Below are positions 29,937-39,258 of a DNA stretch of 64,000 nucleotides, in pieces. The notes beneath the pieces were generated by a model. It was not told the origin of the DNA, made no database searches, and worked only from the letters and a program-made list of their open reading frames with translations. The DNA comes from an uncultured Cytophagaceae bacterium (lineage in GTDB: Bacteria; Bacteroidota; Bacteroidia; Cytophagales; Spirosomataceae), in contig CAIZMB010000106.1 of NCBI GenBank assembly GCA_903933935.1, forward strand, positions 590-64,589, in the 5' to 3' direction. Positions within the stretch are counted from its first letter, which is position 1. The number at the start of each line of letters is the position of its first letter. The position numbers and the translations under genes are program-made.

Positions 29937-30110
29937 TTACTTAGCAGCAGCTGTATCAGCAGCAGCAGTATCAGCAGCAGCAGTATCAACTGGAGCAGCA
30001 GCAGCAGTATCAACAGCAACTGAATCAGCAGAAGCTTCTGCTTTTTTCTCACCACAAGAAGCTAAAGTTACCATACCAGCAACGAAAGCTAAAGCGAATA
30101 ATTTTTTCAT
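29937..30110 (-). CDS. 57-aa Ala-rich lipoprotein with repeated D-(S/T)-(A/V) motifs; ORF track start 30182
   Basis: MKKLFALAFVAGMVTLAS|C lipobox, strongly biased codons, own TAGTTTTG element at 30138-30145, own terminator. Confidence 0.88.
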   Translation of the reverse strand: MKKLFALAFVAGMVTLASCGEKKAEASADSVAVDTAAAAPVDTAAADTAAADTAAAK

Positions 30111-30305
30111 TTTTGTAATATTTAAAGGTTTGAGATACAAAACTAGTGGATTAAATAGTAACAACAAATTTTTTCGTAACAATTTTAAGGTTTTTTTAAG
30201 TTTTGATTTAAAATGGCCTTTAAATAGCTATAAATAAGATTGGGAATTATTTTTTTTAAGTAATTCCTAAGAAGTACTTAAAATTACAGATTTTTCTACC
30301 TTAAA

Positions 30306-30797
30306 TTACCTAAGTAAGTCCTTAAATCTGTCATAAAATCCACTACTTTTGAATGTGAAAGTTTTGTGCAAAACATAGTTTGAGATAAAACTAAATCCCA
30401 TCCCTGTAGTAGTTGTAAGGATTTGAGTCACGTTGATTTTTTTGTATGCAAAGGGGATTTGTAAATAAAAATCACTCATGAATGTCTGAAGGAATTTATA
30501 AGGCATAACACTGAAAAACCACGTTACAAATCCAGAAAAGGTGGCTACCATTAAAAATTTGACCATTTCTCGATTTGTCTGCTGCGTTTTTCTAGCATCA
30601 AAAGCAAACAATTTGGTTAATGTAAATCCTACAATAACTGAGATGAAATAGGCGGGGAGAATTGTTGCCTCGTAATTTAATTTGAACCAATCTTTTAATA
30701 AACCTCCACAAACGAGTTGAACAATCGCACCTGCTCCTGCGATCAAAAAATACGCAACTAAATCTTTTTTATTAAAAAGGGTGGTTTTTTTTGTCAA
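30306..30797 (-). CDS. GtrA-family small membrane protein (putative lipid-linked sugar flippase)
   Basis: Four TM helices, F.LTKLFAF, SNYVLHKTFTF. Confidence 0.8.
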   Translation of the reverse strand: MTKKTTLFNKKDLVAYFLIAGAGAIVQLVCGGLLKDWFKLNYEATILPAYFISVIVGFTLTKLFAFDARKTQQTNREMVKFLMVATFSGFVTWFFSVMPYKFLQTFMSDFYLQIPFAYKKINVTQILTTTTGMGFSFISNYVLHKTFTFKSSGFYDRFKDLLR

Positions 30798-30805
30798 ATC
30801 CTTGG

Positions 30806-32203
30806 CTAAAATAAACTCTTAACAATATTGGGATAAACCCCTAAAACAAGTGTTGAAATTGTACAAAACCATAATGCTATTTTAAAGAGTATCGGAACTT
30901 CAATTTTTTCTATATCTCCATTTTTAAAATACATGGCGATAATTCCTTTGAAATAATAATAAATACCGACGGCCGACATTAATATGGCAAGAATGACTGG
31001 GTAAATGATATTGCGGTTAAAACTGTCTGAAAAAATAAAGAATTTACCCCAAAAACCTGCTGTTAATGGAATGCCAGCTAAGGATAATAAAGATATCGTG
31101 AAGCAAAATGCTAATCCTGGATTATTTAACGCCAATCCTTCAAATGATGAATAATCTTCTGGCTTTTCCTTTCTTCCTGTTTGATATTCAGAAACAAGGA
31201 TTAAGACTGCAAAAGCAGCAATTGTTGCTAATGTATATGAAAGCGAATAATATAAAACAGTGGATGTGGATGAACTTTGCATAGCACTTACTGTCATCAA
31301 CATATACCCCGCATGCGAAATACTTGAATATGCAAGCATTCGCTTAACACTTTGTTGGTATGCTGCTGTCACATTTCCAATAATCAAGGTTAGCATACTG
31401 ATGAAGTAAATCGTTAATACCCATGTGGAATAAATGCCTCCAAATACCCCTGATAAAATATGATACAGTGCAGCAAAGCCAGCTGTTTTTACCACGGTTG
31501 ACATAAACATCGTAAAAATTGTAGGTGCCCCATCATACACATCGGGTGTCCAAAAATGGAAAGGTGCCGCTGAGACTTTAAATAGTAGGCCGATCAGCAT
31601 GAGAAGTACTCCGATATACAAGAAACTTGGCATGGACTCTGGCGCCGTGGCTGCTATAATATTAGCTAAGTTTGATATATAAAATGATCTTGTTGCACCA
31701 TAAACTAACGTAATGCCAAACAGTAGAATACCCGTCGCAAATGCGCCCATTAAAAAGTATTTTAACGCAGCTTCATTTGATTTAAGGTTTCTTTTGTCTG
31801 AGCCAGTGAGTACATACATGGCTACGGATAATATTTCTAGGCCAACAAACAACATAATCATATGATCGAATGAAACCATTAAAATGGCTCCAACCACCGA
31901 GAAAAGTAAAATTGCATAATATTCCGCTGGATGTGTATGTTCATCATCTGCACCAAATCCTCTTGAAAGCGCAACCACCAAAAATGCAGCCAATTGAATA
32001 ATTAAACTAAAATTAATGGAGGTATTCGTTGTCCTAAACATATTCCCAAACCACAATAATTCATGATTCCAATCCATGGCCGTTAAGCCTATTCCAATCG
32101 CTATAAATAATAAGGTAAGAATTTGTAATACTTTTCTTGGGAACCAAAATCCCCAAAACAAATTGCTAATTCCAAAAAGTGATAACGCTATAATCGCCGT
32201 CAT
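30806..32203 (-). CDS. nuoN: NADH-quinone oxidoreductase subunit N
   Basis: EAALKYF, FKVSAAPFHFWTPDVYDGAP, KRMLAYSSISHAGY. Confidence 0.95.
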   Translation of the reverse strand: MTAIIALSLFGISNLFWGFWFPRKVLQILTLLFIAIGIGLTAMDWNHELLWFGNMFRTTNTSINFSLIIQLAAFLVVALSRGFGADDEHTHPAEYYAILLFSVVGAILMVSFDHMIMLFVGLEILSVAMYVLTGSDKRNLKSNEAALKYFLMGAFATGILLFGITLVYGATRSFYISNLANIIAATAPESMPSFLYIGVLLMLIGLLFKVSAAPFHFWTPDVYDGAPTIFTMFMSTVVKTAGFAALYHILSGVFGGIYSTWVLTIYFISMLTLIIGNVTAAYQQSVKRMLAYSSISHAGYMLMTVSAMQSSSTSTVLYYSLSYTLATIAAFAVLILVSEYQTGRKEKPEDYSSFEGLALNNPGLAFCFTISLLSLAGIPLTAGFWGKFFIFSDSFNRNIIYPVILAILMSAVGIYYYFKGIIAMYFKNGDIEKIEVPILFKIALWFCTISTLVLGVYPNIVKSLF

Positions 32204-32228
32204 AAAAATAAGATGCTTTTAAATTTAA

Positions 32229-33680
32229 TTATTTCAATAGTTGGGTTATTTGCATAACACTTTCTTCACTAAAATGTAAGATAGCATTTGGGAAAATACC
32301 CCCTAATAAAACGAATATACTTAATGGAATAAGGACCATTTTTTCTTCTAATGTCAATGTTGAAAATTCAGTGGTGATTCTAGACACATTTCCAAACATG
32401 GTTTTTTGAATTAAACGCAGTGTGTAAACTGCTCCCAATATTATCGTGATACCTGCAACCACTCCCAATATCAACGAATAGTCAAATATGCTTTTGAGTA
32501 AAATAAATTCCCCGATAAAGCCATTCGTTAATGGCAGCGCCACAGAACCTAAACTAAGAATGATAAAGCAAACTGTAAGCGCATAGGAGGATTGAGTTAT
32601 ACCACCCAATTGTGCTAATTCTCTCGATTTAGTTCTTCTTTCAATGATCTCAATAACAAAAAACAGGCCAATAACATTAATTCCATGCGAAAGCATTTGA
32701 TATAATGCACCTTGAATTCCGTCAAAACTTTGCGTCAACATACCCGCCGAAATTAGACCTACGTGAGCAAAAGAAGAATAAGCCAATAACCTTTTTGCAT
32801 CTTTTTGTTGGATGGCAATTATGGAGCCATAAATAACACCAATGATCGAAAGAACCATGGCTGTATTTCCCCAAATCCCTATTCCTAGCGGAAACATAGG
32901 GATGATTAATCTGATAACCCCATAGGTACCCATTTTTAACATGATGCCTGAAAGCAACATGGTGCCTTGACTAGGTGAAGTCGTGTAGGTATCTGGTTGC
33001 CAAGTGTGAAAAGGGAAAATGGGCATTTTGATCGCAAATGCAACAAAAAAGGCCATAAATAAATAACCTTGTGATTCAGCGCTTAAGTTCCTAGCGGTTA
33101 AATACAGTGTTTCGATATCTGCTGAATGAGTTGTTCCCGGAGTTCTTAGGTAAACAAAAATGAGTCCAATGAATAAAAATAAAGACCCAAAAATGGTGTA
33201 GATTAAAAACTTAAATGTGATTGCTGATTTATTTTCTCCTCCAAATTTCGAGGCCAAAAAGTAAATAGGCAGCAAGGAAGCTTCAAAAAAGAAATAAAAT
33301 AAGAATGCGTCTTTGGCTAAAAAAGCCCCCATCATTGCAGATTGCATCATTAACATCAATCCTTGATATTGAGCATGATTGGCCTTTTCGGTGTTTGACG
33401 TTGACCCAACGATAAAAGGCAATAATAAGGCACAAAGGCCAATTAATATCCCGCTGATGCCATCAGCTTTTAACGAAAATTGAATGCCAACTTCAGGGAT
33501 CCAATCTTGAATAAAGGTGATAGGCAACATTGTTTCATTTATTTTATAAAGCAAAAAGCCAGTGGCAATGGCTTCTAAAATAGTTGCTGATAATGAAATA
33601 ATAAATGCATGCTTGGGCTTAGCGATTAATAAATACGCCCCAATAAGCAATGGAAAAAATAGGATAAAAAGTAAATTCAT
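32229..33680 (-). CDS. nuoM: NADH-quinone oxidoreductase subunit M
   Basis: AIKMPIFPFHTWQP, LKMGTYG, LPLTNGFIGE. Confidence 0.95.
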   Translation of the reverse strand: MNLLFILFFPLLIGAYLLIAKPKHAFIISLSATILEAIATGFLLYKINETMLPITFIQDWIPEVGIQFSLKADGISGILIGLCALLLPFIVGSTSNTEKANHAQYQGLMLMMQSAMMGAFLAKDAFLFYFFFEASLLPIYFLASKFGGENKSAITFKFLIYTIFGSLFLFIGLIFVYLRTPGTTHSADIETLYLTARNLSAESQGYLFMAFFVAFAIKMPIFPFHTWQPDTYTTSPSQGTMLLSGIMLKMGTYGVIRLIIPMFPLGIGIWGNTAMVLSIIGVIYGSIIAIQQKDAKRLLAYSSFAHVGLISAGMLTQSFDGIQGALYQMLSHGINVIGLFFVIEIIERRTKSRELAQLGGITQSSYALTVCFIILSLGSVALPLTNGFIGEFILLKSIFDYSLILGVVAGITIILGAVYTLRLIQKTMFGNVSRITTEFSTLTLEEKMVLIPLSIFVLLGGIFPNAILHFSEESVMQITQLLK

Positions 33681-33702
33681 GCCTTTTCTGTCAAATTTTA
33701 AA

Positions 33703-35583
33703 TTACAATATCCAGGATTTTAATCCCATAAATAAAATGATCGCTATCGAAATCACCATCATAAATACATAATACCCTACATTTCCTGTTTGAATTCTTC
33801 TGAATTCAGTAGATGCATATTGAACTATTTTGCCAATCCCTTCAACAAATAAATCAATCACTAAAAAATCAATGACCTGCCCAAAAAATACAGATAAGAA
33901 ATTCACAGGTTTTACGATGATTAAATCATATAATTCATCGATGTAGAACTTCTGATAAATTACTTTTTGTATCCCATGAATTTGGCCATCTTCCGACGGG
34001 ATTAATTTTTTACTACTGAAAATAATTATGGCTAACATTGGAGGGACAAAAGCTGCAACTAAAGGAGCTCCCATTTCTAAACTCAAAAACGATACTTCTC
34101 CTAGAGGTTCTGTTGACGGCAGAAGTGGAGCCAACCAATGGGCTAAAAATTCATTTCCACCCGCAAAATGAGGTAGATTAATAAGGCCACCTGCCACTGA
34201 AAAAATGGCTAAAACGATTAGTGGAACGGTCATTGACCAAGGGGACTCATGTAAATGACTCGCTTGCTTCTCAGTTCCTCTAAACTCACCCCAAAATGTT
34301 AAAATGAACACCCTGAACATATAAAATGAGGTACAAGCGGAACCGATAATCGCCAAGCTCCACATAAGCAAATCATGATGGTAAAGATGGGCTAGAATTT
34401 CATCTTTAGAGAAAAAGCCCGAAAAAGGCGGTATTCCTGAAATAGCTAAAGTCCCTAATAAAAAGGTCAAATAAGTGATGGGCATTTTTGACTTTAATCC
34501 ACCCATTTTTCTAATATCTTGTTCATCTGACATGGCATGTATCACTGATCCAGCTCCTAAAAACAATAAAGCCTTAAAAAATGCATGCGTCATGACATGG
34601 AAAAATGAGGCCGAATAAGCAGATGCACCTAATCCCATAAACATGTAACCTAGTTGGGACACCGTTGAATAAGCCAAAACCTTTTTAATATCGTTTTGAA
34701 ATAAACCTATAATAGCTCCCAAAAGTGCTGTAGATAACCCAATCCAGCCAACGAATTGTAAAACATCAGGACTTAATTCAAAAATAACGTTCGCTCGAAT
34801 GACCATATAAATACCCGCAGTCACCATGGTGGCCGCATGTATTAATGCGGAAACAGGAGTGGGGCCCGCCATCGCATCTGGGAGCCAAGTAAATAAGGGT
34901 ATTTGTGCTGATTTACCCATCGCTCCTACAAATAAACAAAAGGCAATAAGCCCTAAATTATCAGGGACGTCGCCTTGCTGGATAGATGAAAATATTGTGG
35001 TATAATCCGTGCTACCGAAATTCTGAATCAGTAAAAATATACCGACTAAAAACCCAAGGTCCCCAATTCTATTCATAATAAATGCCTTTCTAGCGGCATT
35101 CCCGTAACTATTTTTTTGATTCCAAAATCCAATTAATAGGTATGAACACAATCCTACTCCTTCCCAACCTATAAATAAAACGGTGAAATTTGCCCCCAGA
35201 ACAAGGATCAACATGAAGAAAATGAACAAGTTTAAAAAGGCAAAAAACTTACCAAATCCTTGGTCATGAGACATATATCCAATCGAATAAATATGAATCA
35301 ATGTTCCTACACCTGTAATGACGAGCAACATCATAATGGATAATGCATCGATTTGGAGATCAAAAGGAATTTGCAAATCCCCCAATTTAATCCAATCGGC
35401 TAGATGTAAAATTTGAGTTGTTCCGTCATAATTAACAAAAAGTTGGACGGATAGAATAAAGGCTACCAGTGGTGGAATTGTGCCAATTATGGCTGCTACT
35501 TGCTTTGAAATGTTGGGAAATGAAAGGCCATTCACAAAAAAACCAATGAAGGGTAAAAGCGGTATTAAATAAATTAAAGACAT
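33703..35583 (-). CDS. nuoL: NADH-quinone oxidoreductase subunit L
   Basis: GWEGVGLCSYLLI, GKSAQIPLFTWLPDAMAGPTPVSALIHAATMV. Confidence 0.96.
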   Translation of the reverse strand: MSLIYLIPLLPFIGFFVNGLSFPNISKQVAAIIGTIPPLVAFILSVQLFVNYDGTTQILHLADWIKLGDLQIPFDLQIDALSIMMLLVITGVGTLIHIYSIGYMSHDQGFGKFFAFLNLFIFFMLILVLGANFTVLFIGWEGVGLCSYLLIGFWNQKNSYGNAARKAFIMNRIGDLGFLVGIFLLIQNFGSTDYTTIFSSIQQGDVPDNLGLIAFCLFVGAMGKSAQIPLFTWLPDAMAGPTPVSALIHAATMVTAGIYMVIRANVIFELSPDVLQFVGWIGLSTALLGAIIGLFQNDIKKVLAYSTVSQLGYMFMGLGASAYSASFFHVMTHAFFKALLFLGAGSVIHAMSDEQDIRKMGGLKSKMPITYLTFLLGTLAISGIPPFSGFFSKDEILAHLYHHDLLMWSLAIIGSACTSFYMFRVFILTFWGEFRGTEKQASHLHESPWSMTVPLIVLAIFSVAGGLINLPHFAGGNEFLAHWLAPLLPSTEPLGEVSFLSLEMGAPLVAAFVPPMLAIIIFSSKKLIPSEDGQIHGIQKVIYQKFYIDELYDLIIVKPVNFLSVFFGQVIDFLVIDLFVEGIGKIVQYASTEFRRIQTGNVGYYVFMMVISIAIILFMGLKSWIL

Positions 35584-35602
35584 AAATGAATGTTCTGTAA
35601 AA

Positions 35603-35932
35603 TTAATTTTTCAACTTATTGAGTATTCCTATGTCGATACTCTGAATATTTCGGTAAATCATGACGATGATGGCTAAACCCACGGCCACTTCAGCAGCGG
35701 CCACAGCCATAATAAAAAACACAAAAATTTGTCCCGACGGATCTGAGTAATAAGAAGAAAATGCAGCTAAAAGTAAATTGACAGCATTTAACATAAGTTC
35801 AATCGCCATAAATACGATGATGGCATTTCTCCTAGTTAACACACCCAAAATCCCTATACAAAACAAAGCAGAGCTTAATAAAATATAATGTGCTAAGGGA
35901 ATGGTGCGAATTATGTCTGGTATGGATTGCAT
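35603..35932 (-). CDS. nuoK: NADH-quinone oxidoreductase subunit K; likely start 35932
   Basis: [24 protein letters not shown]; own TATTTTTG element at 35960-35967. Confidence 0.95.
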   Translation of the reverse strand: MQSIPDIIRTIPLAHYILLSSALFCIGILGVLTRRNAIIVFMAIELMLNAVNLLLAAFSSYYSDPSGQIFVFFIMAVAAAEVAVGLAIIVMIYRNIQSIDIGILNKLKN

Positions 35933-36004
35933 TGTTTTATCATTAGGCCAATAACATGGCAAAAATACAAATTAAACTTAAATATTCGGCATCTTAATTT
36001 TGCT

Positions 36005-36814
36005 TTAACGTTGAAATCCTTGCAATTTAATTTCCGTTAATTTTTTCTTAGTGTCGATTGCAAAGTCACCCTTTAAAATCCAATCATAATAAGAGGGGTC
36101 GCTTTTTAATACCTCTGTCACGGATCTCCCTGTATATTTCCCAAAATTAAAAACAGGAATTTTTTCTTTATTATAGACCATTCGATTCGCGAAATCGATT
36201 GAATTTGACATGGTTAATTCGTGCAATTTTGACATGTCATTTTGGATGGGGAAGTACTCCTTCCCATTTTCATCTTTTAATGAAACTTCTTCATATCTTT
36301 TTACTTGTGCATTTAATACTTCTAGGGTAGCTAAAACATCCGCTTCGGCCCCATGCGCACCTATTAAATCCTTGCCGCAATAAAACTTGAAAGCGGCTGT
36401 TAAATTTCTTGGTTCCATCAGATGAAAAATTCTTTGGGCGTCTATCAACTTCCGATTTTTCATGTCAAAATCTATATCGTTTCGATAAAATTCTTCTACC
36501 AACATGGGTACATCGAAGCGATTTGAATTAAATCCGGCTAAGTCACAGCCTTCCAAAAATCCAGCTAAAGATTTGGCTACTTGCTTAAATTGTGGTTCAT
36601 CTTTTACATCTTCATCATAAATGCCATGAACTAAGGATGCTTCGATGGGAATGGGAATACCCGGATTTACCCTTCTTGTTTTCACTTCAATTGTGCCATC
36701 TACATTTGCTTTAGCTATAGCGATCTCAACGATGCGGTCTTTGTTGACCATGACCCCAGTCGTTTCTAAATCAAAAAATGCGAGTGGCTTATTTAATTTT
36801 AATTGATGTTCCAT
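36005..36814 (-). CDS. DEDDh 3'-5' exonuclease (DnaQ-like) with a C-terminal FGKY domain
   Basis: FFDLETTG, GFNSNRFD, HGAEAD, FNFGKY. Confidence 0.9.
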   Translation of the reverse strand: MEHQLKLNKPLAFFDLETTGVMVNKDRIVEIAIAKANVDGTIEVKTRRVNPGIPIPIEASLVHGIYDEDVKDEPQFKQVAKSLAGFLEGCDLAGFNSNRFDVPMLVEEFYRNDIDFDMKNRKLIDAQRIFHLMEPRNLTAAFKFYCGKDLIGAHGAEADVLATLEVLNAQVKRYEEVSLKDENGKEYFPIQNDMSKLHELTMSNSIDFANRMVYNKEKIPVFNFGKYTGRSVTEVLKSDPSYYDWILKGDFAIDTKKKLTEIKLQGFQR

Positions 36815-36836
36815 GTACTATCCAATTTTATGGGAA

Positions 36837-36862
36837 CAAAGGTAGCTTATTTATTACCTTTG
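36837..36862. promoter_or_regulatory. Back-to-back TACCTTTG -7 elements for the exonuclease (minus) and yjjG (plus)
   Basis: CAAAGGTA-10nt-TACCTTTG. Confidence 0.75.
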
Positions 36863-36866
36863 CCAT

Positions 36867-37556
36867 ATGAAATTTAATCCAAAGGCAATATTTTTTGATT
36901 GGGATCACACGCTTTGGGATCATGACCGAAATGCTCGTGAAGTTATTTTGGATTTGGTGGACGAGTTCAATTTGACAAACACGCTTGAATCTGACCAAAA
37001 TGATATTTGGAATCGTTTCAATGTTTTGAATAACCAATTATGGGATGATTATCAATCAAAAAAAATCACACAGTTGGAGTTAAGAGAAACAAGATTTAAA
37101 CTTTTTTTTTCACAGTTGGGCTACGAAGGGGACCCACAGAAATTTTCAAGTGAATTTCTATACCGGACTCCCAGGAAAAAACATCTGCTGGTCGGTGCTT
37201 CTGAAATTATTGAAGAACTCGCACAAAAATATCCTCTATATATATTGACTAATGGTTTTGAAGATATTCAATTTGTAAAAGTGGAGGCTAGTGGGTTGAA
37301 ACATTGCTTTCAGTCAATCATCACCTCGCAGGAGGTCGGTACACAAAAGCCAGATAAAAAATTCTTTGACTATGCCTTAAAAAGAGCAAATTGTTTGGCA
37401 CAAGAAGTGGTTATGGTGGGGGATCACCCCATTGCCGACATTCATGGTGCTGAAAATGCAGGCATTCGTAGCATACATTTGAATTTGAATAATGTCGACT
37501 CGACAGCACAAATTCAAATCAAATATTTGACGGAATTACGGGATTACTTGCTTTAA
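36867..37556 (+). CDS. yjjG: HAD-family non-canonical pyrimidine nucleotidase (YjjG-like)
   Basis: FFDWDHTLWD, LTNGF, KPD, MVGD..ADI.GA. Confidence 0.85.
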   Translation: MKFNPKAIFFDWDHTLWDHDRNAREVILDLVDEFNLTNTLESDQNDIWNRFNVLNNQLWDDYQSKKITQLELRETRFKLFFSQLGYEGDPQKFSSEFLYRTPRKKHLLVGASEIIEELAQKYPLYILTNGFEDIQFVKVEASGLKHCFQSIITSQEVGTQKPDKKFFDYALKRANCLAQEVVMVGDHPIADIHGAENAGIRSIHLNLNNVDSTAQIQIKYLTELRDYLL

Positions 37557-38180
37557 TTACTCAAAAAGAGACATTTGATTATCGTTCGTTTTTCGATCAA
37601 AGATCTTTTTATCTCGAATGAATTTCTTGTTGTCTTCTAAAAATAAAATGAATTTCTCAATTTGAGTATAAAGGGGGTTGAAATCATAGGTTTTCAAATC
37701 ATAGGATTCGACATAAACATCATTGAAGTCTGTAATGATGTAATCTAAGCGTTCGATCCCATATTTTTGAAGGCCTAATAGGTACAAATTTTGATGATTA
37801 TTTTGAAATCGGCCTGGCTCGTAAAACGATGTACTCTTTAAATCAAAAGCGACACTGTCACCTATTCCATCCACATAGCCATAGATTTGGGCATTTTTGT
37901 ACCTTGATTCAAGGTAAAATTGAGTTCTGTATTTACCTGGAATCAAATTTCTTGCTTGGTCAATGATACCTTCATTAAAAAGGTCTTCATTTTCCCCTAA
38001 TGTGACAGCCCTTTCAAAATCCATTCCTTTTTGTTGGGCCTTAGTCGTTGGCTTTTTAGTTCGATTTATCCGTTCAATCAGTTCAATTTCATCCACAATA
38101 ATCTTGCCTGAAGAATCTCTGGATTGACTAAGATAGAGTGAAAATGAATTTAAAAGAGTTGGATAGAGGCGATATAACAT
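37557..38180 (-). CDS. PD-(D/E)XK (RecB/Cas4-like) nuclease, phage-like, with C-terminal QMSLF
   Basis: KG..FE, GYVD, DLKST, QNLY motifs; no Cys. Confidence 0.65.
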   Translation of the reverse strand: MLYRLYPTLLNSFSLYLSQSRDSSGKIIVDEIELIERINRTKKPTTKAQQKGMDFERAVTLGENEDLFNEGIIDQARNLIPGKYRTQFYLESRYKNAQIYGYVDGIGDSVAFDLKSTSFYEPGRFQNNHQNLYLLGLQKYGIERLDYIITDFNDVYVESYDLKTYDFNPLYTQIEKFILFLEDNKKFIRDKKIFDRKTNDNQMSLFE

Positions 38181-38189
38181 GTTCGCAAT

Positions 38190-38492
38190 TTATCCAATTT
38201 GCAGTCGGGATACAATCTGATCGCCAATTAAATGTTGCTCAGTTATTTCTGAAACATCTTCCAATTGGACATTTCCGTAAAATACACCTTCAGGATAAAC
38301 GACCATCGTGGGGCCTTTGCCACAAAAATCTAAACATCCCGATTTTTGAATTCTTATTTTACTTGTGTTTCCTGATTTTGCCCACTCATCTTTAAATGCT
38401 TGAATTAAATCCATTCCATGGCCCGATCCACAGCATTTTTTGGGAGCATCCTTGTCATTGGTGCAAATAAAGACATGTTTTTCGAAGTGCAT
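38190..38492 (-). CDS. Thioredoxin-like [2Fe-2S] ferredoxin
   Basis: HVFICTN..KKCC, SGCLDFCGKGP.MVVYPEG.FY. Confidence 0.92.
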   Translation of the reverse strand: MHFEKHVFICTNDKDAPKKCCGSGHGMDLIQAFKDEWAKSGNTSKIRIQKSGCLDFCGKGPTMVVYPEGVFYGNVQLEDVSEITEQHLIGDQIVSRLQIG

Positions 38493-38493
38493 A

Positions 38494-39258
38494 TTAATTG
38501 ATTTCTAATAAGATGGGACAATGATCTGAATGTTTTATATCGGCTAAAATTGACGCATTTTTAATAGATTGAGCCATCGGTTTAGTCGCCATTAAATAGT
38601 CGATGCGCCAACCTAAATTTTTTTCTCTAGCACCTGCTCGGTAACTCCACCATGAATATTGATGTTCAAGGATTGGATGAATCAATCGAAAAGTATCCAC
38701 AAATCCACTGTTGATATAATTTTCCATCCATTCTCGCTCCTCTGGCAAGAAACCAGAGCTGTTTGCATTAGATTTTGGATTATGAATATCAATGGCTCTG
38801 TGGCAAATATTATAATCACCAGCAATAATAATGTTAGGGTGGATTTTTACTAATTCATTCGTATAAGACTGAAAATCAGCTAACCATTCCATTTTAAATG
38901 ATTGCCTTTCATCGCCACTAGATCCGGATGGCATATATACACTCATGACAGAATAGTTCTCGAAATTTACTTGGAGCACTCTTCCTTCTTGATCGTATTT
39001 TTCAATCCCACACCCATATTGAACGGATACGGGTTTTATTTTGGTGAAAATACCTACTCCAGAATAACCTTTTTTCTGCGCTGATTGCCAATAAACATGA
39101 TAACCTAATGATTTAATCTCTTCTAGGCCAACTTGCTCCTCTTCAGCCTTCAGTTCTTGTAAACAGATGATATCGGGATTTTCCTGAGAAAGCCATGAGA
39201 TGAAGCCCTTTTGAATGGCTGCCCGAATCCCATTCACATTATAACTGATTATTTTCAT
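38494..39258 (-). CDS. xth: Exodeoxyribonuclease III / AP endonuclease
   Basis: SYNVNGIRA, CLQELK, GDYN, GWRIDY, SDHCP. Confidence 0.96.
   Translation of the reverse strand: MKIISYNVNGIRAAIQKGFISWLSQENPDIICLQELKAEEEQVGLEEIKSLGYHVYWQSAQKKGYSGVGIFTKIKPVSVQYGCGIEKYDQEGRVLQVNFENYSVMSVYMPSGSSGDERQSFKMEWLADFQSYTNELVKIHPNIIIAGDYNICHRAIDIHNPKSNANSSGFLPEEREWMENYINSGFVDTFRLIHPILEHQYSWWSYRAGAREKNLGWRIDYLMATKPMAQSIKNASILADIKHSDHCPILLEIN

Noticed and set aside
29790-30055. ORFs 29790-30023 (+) and 29846-30055 (-) with L/S-rich translations
   Set aside because: Shadows of the GCT-rich repeats of the lipoprotein gene; they cross its terminator.
30806-35932. Mrp/Mnh antiporter interpretation of nuoKLMN
   Set aside because: Order K-L-M-N and the motifs match complex I; no MrpB/E/F/G genes.
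37557-38180. Cas4/CRISPR or prophage interpretation of the PD-(D/E)XK gene
   Set aside because: No Fe-S cysteines, no cas1/cas2, array, integrase or phage structural genes; the flanks are housekeeping genes.
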